The notes under the pieces: generated by a model
What the model saw: only the letters and a program-made list of their open reading frames with translations
The model's database searches: none
Told to the model about the DNA's origin: nothing
Program-made: the position numbers and the translations under genes
Assembly (NCBI RefSeq): GCF_001194135.2
Contig: NC_068984.1
Coordinates: 13,540,456-13,598,220 of the forward strand
DNA length: 57,765 bases
Source of the DNA: Octopus bimaculoides
Lineage: Eukaryota
Direction of reading: 5' to 3'
Part shown: one piece after another, positions 50,645 through 57,765 of the stretch
How positions within the stretch are numbered: the stretch's first letter is position 1
Layout of the letters: each line of letters begins with the position of its first letter

Positions 50645-50851
50645 GACATTTTGGTACAAGGCCTGCAATTTCTGGGAGAAAGGAAGTCTATTACATCGAC
50701 CCCAGTGCTCAGCCGGTCCTTATTCTATCGACCGCGAAATGATGAATAGCAAAATGGACTACGGTGGCATTTGAACTCATAACATAAAGTTGGAAGCAAT
50801 ACCGTTATTCATTTTGTCCAACTTGGTGACAATTGTGACAGTTTCGCCGCC
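50645..50851 (-). mobile_element. SINE family B (diverged), tail-to-tail with the previous copy
   Basis: Minus strand begins AAGGCGGCGAAACTG; CTGAGCACTGGGGTCGATGTAAT and CAGGCCTTGTACCAAAA blocks. Confidence 0.8.
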
Positions 50852-51077
50852 TTTATTATTATTATTATCATTACGATCTTCTTTCAATTCTGTTTCCATT
50901 CCCTGCCGAGTGTCTTCCTGACACCTAGGGCAGAGAAAGTCACTGTATACATCGATAGGCCATTAAAATAAATACACTAGATTGTTCATTTATTTCTGTT
51001 GCTTATAAATATTAACAAGTGTACATGGGTGTGTGGACAATTGTATGTATAGGTAACTATTGATATTACGTACTTAC

Positions 51078-51272
51078 TGTGTTGTGGTAATTTTCGTTGT
51101 GGTGTTTTTCCAGGTTTCCTGGTGCTGTATTTGAGCTCTCACGTATGTTACATTGAGATATCGCGCATTTAAGAAAGTAACTACCCTTTATATGACAAAA
51201 CTCATTTAAGTTTGTTAGTTCCTCTTCGTTAACAGAATTTTCGCCAGCTGCATTGCGATGTTTTCCTTCCAT
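51078..51272 (-). other. BED zinc-finger-like open exon followed by a GTAAGT donor (probable hAT transposase first exon)
   Basis: MEGKH...LNEFCHIKGSYFLKCAISQC...PGNLEKHHNENYH shows the C-x4-C...NL-x-KH-x-H pattern; phase-0 donor ACA|GTAAGT at 51078/51077. Confidence 0.4.
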
Positions 51273-51351
51273 GGGACCGATGTTATTGGACTGAGTTTGT
51301 TTTGTGGAGAGAGCTTCTTAGCGTACGTCCATTTGCTATTTAGCCCGGAGC

Positions 51352-51357
51352 TACTAC

Positions 51358-51424
<67 letters not shown>

Positions 51425-51439
51425 GTTATTATTATTATT
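51352..51439. repeat. (CTA)/(TTA)n microsatellite
   Basis: Directly visible. Confidence 0.95.
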
Positions 51440-51987
51440 CAATGAAAGTACAGTGCATGCTATCTAAATGGCATTGGTGTAAAATATATGAAGCCCAATA
51501 TACCCGTTATGATTACCCATCTGATAAGGGTACACCAGGCACATACATCTCAACCATATGTACGTAACATGGTGATCTCATATCAAGAGAAACAGCGCAT
51601 AACCTTGCAGGTGGGGCTCAGAATTTTCTTCAGGTCGAGTAGCTCATCCCGCTCAAATGGTCCTTGAATAAAGGTTGTTTAAGGATGTTGAACTTATGAC
51701 CCATGTTTCCGGTGGTGAATTATTCAGACCAAAAATAATTCCTCTCAACACATGCCTATGATGCTCCCCTACTACTGCTGCTCATGATCAGAGATGCACA
51801 TATCGTCAGCCACCAAGGGACATGCTCAACTGGTTAAGGTCAAAAACTGACAAGCAAATCTGTGGTATTGAGCAGAATATTTGCTGTAGCACAGCTTTTA
51901 TATTAAGACAAAACAATGTACATAATAACACTTCCAATCAATTAAGATGAGAAGCCATGAGAGCCACTGCCTGGTACTGCATCAGAG
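51440..51987. mobile_element. ~550-bp non-coding element bounded by (ATT)n on both sides
   Basis: Higher-GC unique-looking block with sharp ATT-repeat boundaries. It resembles from memory an abundant Octopus interspersed repeat (unverified). Confidence 0.55.
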
Positions 51988-52003
51988 TATTATTATTATT
52001 ATT

Positions 52004-52033
<30 letters not shown>

Positions 52034-52034
<1 letters not shown>

Positions 52035-52203
52035 CATTCCGTCTGTCATTAGCTTCTGAGTTCAAATTCCTCGGACGTTGACTTTTGTTATTCCTCTTTT
52101 TGTGGTCGATTAAATAAATACCAGTCGAGCACTGAGGTCGCTGTAATCAACCTCTTCTTCCCCTAAAAATCTGCAGGCACTGTGCTAAATTTTGAAACCA
52201 TTA
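52034..52203 (+). mobile_element. SINE family B, 5'-truncated, followed by long (ATT)n to 52263
   Basis: TTCTGAGTTCAAATTCC core; TTTTGAAACCATTA tail. Confidence 0.8.
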
Positions 52204-52264
<61 letters not shown>

Positions 52265-53919
52265 TGATATTTGATGGAAGAGGTAAAATCTGTGAAGTGA
52301 CAGACAACAAGAATAATGTTTATTCGTAAGTATGTCTCAGACGTTTCTCTGTTACAGATTTATCTGGCTAAGTTCAGCTAATTTTCAAGCTTAACTGCAT
52401 CGTTTGGTTTAACTATCTTTTAATGTACTACATATTATCATATTATATAGATTATAACACAATCTATAATGTCACCTAACTTTTTTTTTATATTTCTGTG
52501 ATATGATCATATCGCTTCTTTGTTTCTTTATTGGTTGATCAGTTTGCACTAAGAAATACCGCTGGATTTATATCAGTCAATTTCAATAACGGTTAGTGAG
52601 TGACTGATGTCCGTATCGTTACTTCTTCTCTTATGAAATCAAACTTCCAGCTAAATTCCAAATGTATTTTTCTACGTCCATTTTTCTGCTTATTTTATTC
52701 TTTGCAATCTTTCTACATTTACATAATTTCATGATAATAGTTCTGTCTACTTTTTCACACATGCGACATCTACTTACTCTGCAGTTTTATATAATAGTTT
52801 ATCGTCCGTCACATTTAGCGATCACCTAGCAACTGCTAAATAAATAAACAAATAAATAAATAAAAGTGGAGAGAAAAATTTATAGGAAGCAGATGAAAAC
52901 GATGCCTAAAGTTATGACGTTGACCGACTGGTGATCAATGAAAACGATGACGACAACTATAAGATATTTCATGAGAGAACTGATCCATATAGTGGATCAG
53001 GCAATCACGACTGTTCCCACCTATGCTATATTTTCCGTCACGCTACTGAAGTGATGTACTTCATGATCGCAAAAGCTTAATACCTCCACATTTACAATGA
53101 AAGATCTGCTTTGTGTGACTCCAAAATCTTTCACCCTTCAACAAGAAAAGCAGTCTCAGTGTGGAGGGCAGAAAGCCACGATTACTTTCTTATATACATC
53201 ATTTTCATTTTATTAGTTTTTTTCCTCTCCATCAAAAATTAATTCAGAATTTCTCATCTTTTCTGTAACTGGTAAGATGACATTTTCTCAAATCATTCAA
53301 CTTTTTTTTCGACCATCACAATAATTCTTCACCTTAACATATTTTTTTCTTTCTGCATTTAATCAACATCCTGCTGAAACGCACACTGATATTGACAACC
53401 CTATTTTCTCCTCACTATTCTTATGACATTGATATATTTTACGTATCGCTCAGGTAAATTATAATTTTACAGATATATGGCGAATGGTTATTGGGCTGAC
53501 TGTCAAGGTCCCACAAAGAAATTTGCTGTGTCCGAAATAAGGCATCTCTTCATAAATGATGACTAGAGTATGCATTTGGATATGTAACTATGTATCATCT
53601 GTAGGATGCTGTGTGATCGCCTTGACGCGTCATTGTCTGATTATTTCCATTTTTCTATTAACATCTTATATATATTGTTCTGTTCTCGCAACCAATTTGG
53701 GGGAGCCCTTCCAGACGGAAGTTTGTGTATCATTTTGTGCTGCTCTGAGTTTCCCTGTACGTTCATAAGTCTCCAGGCATGTTAGGCGTACATACCAACG
53801 AAACTCATATATAGGCGTTGAGACATTATAAATTTCTACAATGTCAGTAGCTTATCAGAGATTAATAATATTTTTAGTAGTTTATGTCTCTAATAGATTA
53901 GATGATATTTATCTCTCAC

Positions 53920-53949
53920 CGGGTGGTGTTCTATTTTTGTCGGTCCTAC
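53920..53949 (-). other. Candidate 30-nt micro-exon
   Basis: Acceptor CTCTCTCGCTTTTTCTCACTTTTTCATTCAG| and donor CCG|GTGAGA; open as VGPTKIEHHP (phase 0) or RTDKNRTPP (phase 2). Confidence 0.25.
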
Positions 53950-54311
53950 CTGAATGAAAAAGTGAGAAAAAGCGAGAGAGCAGCTTTGTCGTATCCTCAG
54001 ACTAAATAAATGTCCGAGAGGGCACGCCACGGTATACAACGTCTACCGATTATACTAATATCGTAAGAATAAAACTTACGGTAGCTCGAGTTTAAATCCT
54101 GTGTATATTACATGATATATACATGTGTGTGTGTGCAACTGGCCACTACATTCTCTCCTTCTCTCTCTCTCTCTCTGTGAAATTTACTCACATGTCATTG
54201 GTCGACCAGTGGAAAAACATTCACTCAAACTACCGCATAGTGGAACTGGACACAAATCACGTTACTCCGAAGCGAGCTTCTTATGTACACAGCTATGTCT
54301 TCTATTTTAAT

Positions 54312-54512
54312 TATATTGTTTTCTACTCTAGGCACAAGGCCTGAAATTTTGGCGGGATGGAGCCAGTCGATTCGATCGATCCCAGTACGCAACTCGTACT
54401 TAATTTATCGAGTCCGAAAGGATGAAACGCAAAGTCGACCTCGGCAGAATTTGAACTCAGAACGTAAAGCATTTCGCCCGGCGAGCTTAGGGTTCGCTAC
54501 CAGCTCGCCGCC
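54312..54512 (-). mobile_element. SINE family B with small internal deletion
   Basis: Minus strand GGCGGCGAGCTGG head, core, and tail ...CAGGCCTTGTGCCTAGAGTAGAAAA. Confidence 0.88.
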
Positions 54513-55134
54513 TCTGTTTTACTGATATTAGCTTCACGTTACACATCACTAAATATTTTTGTAGTCCAGCATAAGATATTTCAGAATAACTTTCTACGTA
54601 AATGCGAGCCATTAATTTCTTTTATTTGCGGCAAATATATTATTTCAGTATCAGATTTTCTGTGCTGTTATAATTTTCTTCTTGTTCTCCAAACTAATCT
54701 TGCCAATTTCTTTAAATTCCTTTTGAGAATATCATATCTATAACCTATTGCTGGAAAAACTAGAGGCATATTACCGTACCGAGGCATATTACCTCATATT
54801 GGGTATTTACTCGGTTTTAAATATTAATCTAATACGTATAAGAGTATCGCTTGCTAACATGTGTTTTCATTGATGTATGCTGCTCTGTGCATTGTTCCTT
54901 AATTCCTACTCTTTATTGTATTTATAAAGCCGTGTTTGCTCTAAAAGTCTCTTATCTCAGTTTCTTTATCTAACATGATATCAGTGGTGGTCGTATTGAT
55001 TTTCCTCTCTGCAAGGTTCCCTTAGAGCATTTATATAAACGGAAATTTATGTCAATATATCTACTGAATCCGCGTAATATATGTAGCAACGTTTCCACTT
55101 GTTTATCATTAATATTATCATTACTCAGTTTCGT

Positions 55135-55960
55135 GGTTTCGCAGAGTCGTTAGGGAGTCGGCTCAATTGCCTTACGTTGTATTATTTCCCGGCTCTATAC
55201 GTACCGAGTTCAAATTCCGCCGATGTCGTCTTTGCTGTTCATCCCTTCCTTGTCAATAAACACTGAGTCGAGATAATCGGTTTATAACCTCACCCAAAAT
55301 TGCTGGCCCTGTACCATAATTTGATATTATTGTTATTATAATTACTCGTTTAGTAAAATTCGCTGAATTTCTAGGGATTCGGATTAAATGCTTTGCAGAG
55401 TATCTCCTAGCCCTTTACGTACCGTGTTCAAATGTTGCCGATGTTAAGTTTTATCTAAGATACTTCGGGCTTTGGCTATTTCAACTAATATCTCTCCCGT
55501 CTTGTACCTAAAGTAGAAGCATTTATTATTATTATTACACTGTGTGAAGGCGGCAAGCTTGAAAAATCGTCAGCACGGCGGGAAAAAATGTTTAGCGGCA
55601 TTTCATCCGTCCTTACGTTCTGAGTTCAAATTCCGCCGATATCGACTTTGCCTTTCATCCTTTCGAGATCGATGAAATAAGTACCAGTTACAGACTGATA
55701 TTTAATGTAATCGACTAGCACCCCTCTCCTAAAATTCCAGGCCTTGTGTTTATAACAGAAAGGATTATTACGTAGTGTGATGGACGGGCAGATCGTCAGC
55801 ATGACAGACAAGATGTTTTACAGGATTTTTTCTGGTTCTTTACGCCCTGTGTTCAAATATTATTGCATTTCACACTTCCGAGGCTGTCAAAATAAAGTAC
55901 CACTCCATTACTGTAGTGTATTTAATAGAGTAATCACCACCTACAAAAATTTCAGATCAG
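55135..55960 (+). mobile_element. Head-to-tail cluster of four SINE family B copies of differing divergence
   Basis: Copies at about 55135-55330, 55340-55530, 55548-55770 (best preserved) and 55785-55960, each with a GTTCAAAT core; ATT-rich spacers between most. Confidence 0.75.
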
Positions 55961-57034
55961 TTACTTAGATTAAACATAAAAATTACTAAGTGGTATTGTA
56001 TCGATTGCTTACTTTCCTACAACGAACAATTTCAACTCTGTACATCTTCGGTACGTGCCATATTTTGCTTGTTTTGTGGTTTCTATTTTATTTAAAATAC
56101 ATTTTTAGCCCACAAATATCTATACACATCATCTATTTTTCATTCTTTTAATATCTAACCATAGTCATTATTAGAATTGACCAACATATTAAACTTAATC
56201 ATTTGCTAATTAGCCCTGTCGTATTTATGAAGCAAAACATATTTACTTTTATCTTAGTTTACAAGTTCTTCATTGTGGAAGCTTCAGAAGCGATAAAATA
56301 AACTACAAGGCGACCTCGTAATCCACTTACTCCTTCATTCCAAAATCACTGGCCGTGTGCCAAAATTAGACAGAATTACTCAGAGTTGTTAGAAACTGAG
56401 TTCTTAATTTATGTAAATCATTCCTGTTTGCTTCTATAGTTGGTTGTGTATATTTTATTCTGCAGTGTTCTCTGCTTCCTGTTGTGTTCTGTTTCGGTGT
56501 GGATTAGATTGTATTACTTTGGCTTCGTGTTTTTCTTTTTATATTATCCCGTTCAGATAAATGTACCCGGTGGATATTTAGAATGTCGCTTCATGCATTT
56601 GATAACTTTCCGTTATTCATTTCTGAGTGACTCTCGGGATTGCTTTTCGCCAGATTTAGTAAGCGGATTCAGAGATAATACTTAGATTCCGTGTTAATAC
56701 CCGAGGGTGTTAATTTGATAGAAAAGAACGCTTTTATACACTAAGGTTTTCGGTTATGGTCCACGTTTTCCAACAGGAACATTTTTCCTCATTCTGTATA
56801 TATGTTTGTTTGAAAGTCTTTCTCGATTACTTTCTTATTCTGTTTTTCGAGATCAAAAATTTGAGTAAAGTAATTGTGAATAATATTTGGTAGAGTTATA
56901 GGTGAAAATTATTTTTTTTATTAATTAATTTCTCTGGGTTACTAGAAATGTTACAACGTTTTCAAATCACTATTACTCGCCATGAATATAAATCACACGT
57001 GTTAATCTTATGTAGATGAGAGTAAACAAACATA

Positions 57035-57210
57035 GGCGCAAGTGTATATGTGAGGTAAGAAGATTGCTTCCAAACCAAATGGTTCCGGGTTCAATCCCAC
57101 GGTGTGGCAATTTAGACAGCTGTCTTCTACTATAATCTGGAGCCGACCAAAGATCTCTCAGAGGATTTGCAAGACGGAAACTGAAAGAAGCTCATCGTAT
57201 ACATATGCGT
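57035..57210 (+). mobile_element. SINE family A 5' half ending in a (TG)/(TA)n expansion
   Basis: GGTTCCGGGTTCAATCCCAC B-box region; GACGGAAACTGAAAGAAGC. Confidence 0.8.
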
Positions 57211-57231
57211 GTGTGTGCATGTGTATCTATA

Positions 57232-57284
<53 letters not shown>

Positions 57285-57329
57285 GTACACACACACACAC
57301 AAACACACAAACATATCTATATATATACA

Positions 57330-57740
57330 CTCCACCCATGCCTTCCCCACCTCCCAACACCCTCACATCACACCACGCACACACTACAACTGACCAACTC
57401 CTTTCTCCCCTCCCCATTTTCACACATGCATACGTCAAGATCACCAGCATTGTATCTCTCACACACACAGCCCCTCGTTCTTCGATCACCGTTCTTTCTC
57501 CCACTTTTCTTAGCTCTTCTGTGTAAAATTTCTAACTTCCGGTCAGCCATAGCTATGATTGACCGTTGACCGAACACTATTCAATTTTTTTCTCCGTGTT
57601 TTTCTCCTTGTCTCCGTATTCTTTCTGTTGAACAGCGTAGCTCGAAACGTTAAATACTTTCCGTATTCCCGAGCGTCATACTAATACATCCTTTTGTTGT
57701 TTACACCACCTGTCCTCGTCTGTTGTTGTTTTTTCGTACA
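57330..57740 (+). mobile_element. Probable Penelope-type 3' terminal segment with palindrome (57540-57565) and hammerhead-like motif (57620-57656)
   Basis: CGGTCAGCCATAGCTATGATTGACCG near-palindrome; TCTTT CTGTTGA ACAGC-gta-GCTC GAAACGT T AAA; pyrimidine-rich tail. Family assignment is by analogy. Confidence 0.4.
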
Positions 57741-57765
57741 TTCTCCCCTATATGTATATGCATAT

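Noticed and set aside
50870-50925. Exon 2 for the BED-like exon (CCCTAG| acceptor)
   Set aside because: It stops after 17 codons and runs into (AAT)n; it looks more like another LINE 3' UTR.
55135-55960. CRISPR-like array
   Set aside because: The units are ~200-bp diverged SINEs in eukaryotic DNA, with no short repeat-spacer structure or cas genes.
11563-57577. ORFs rich in HT, CV, YI, poly-I/L/N/K (e.g. 11563, 22278, 42099, 51215, 57205)
   Set aside because: They are translations of di- and trinucleotide microsatellites.

Overview
AT-rich, repeat-dense metazoan DNA with many N gaps bordered by (CA)n/(TA)n tracts. The SINE complement and microsatellite load look like Octopus (coleoid cephalopod); this is recognition from memory, not a search result. 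I found no intact protein-coding gene: most supplied ORFs are gap or microsatellite artefacts, and the rest are decayed transposon fragments. Content: (1) at least four tRNA-like or modular SINE-type families (my labels A-D), about 20 copies, two with clear TSDs; (2) R4/Dong-type restriction-like-endonuclease (RLE) LINE fragments whose 3' ends abut (AAT)n; (3) CR1/Jockey-type LINE tails; (4) a Penelope-like (GIY-YIG) fragment bracketed by tRNA-Ile-like heads, plus four hammerhead-ribozyme-like motifs; (5) DNA transposon relics (mariner, maT/DD37D-like, rosa-like with long TIRs, hAT/Buster, Chapaev3) and several MITEs or palindromes. One host-type signal: an RFX X-box with three CCAAT boxes at 18.87-18.94 kb and a candidate minus-strand first exon. 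Best candidate for an undescribed system: family C, which combines a palindrome, a tRNA-Ile-like Pol III head, a microsatellite and a minimal hammerhead-like tail, and appears to be a Penelope pseudo-LTR rather than an ordinary SINE. Its microsatellite may also act as a landing pad for the AAT-associated LINEs.
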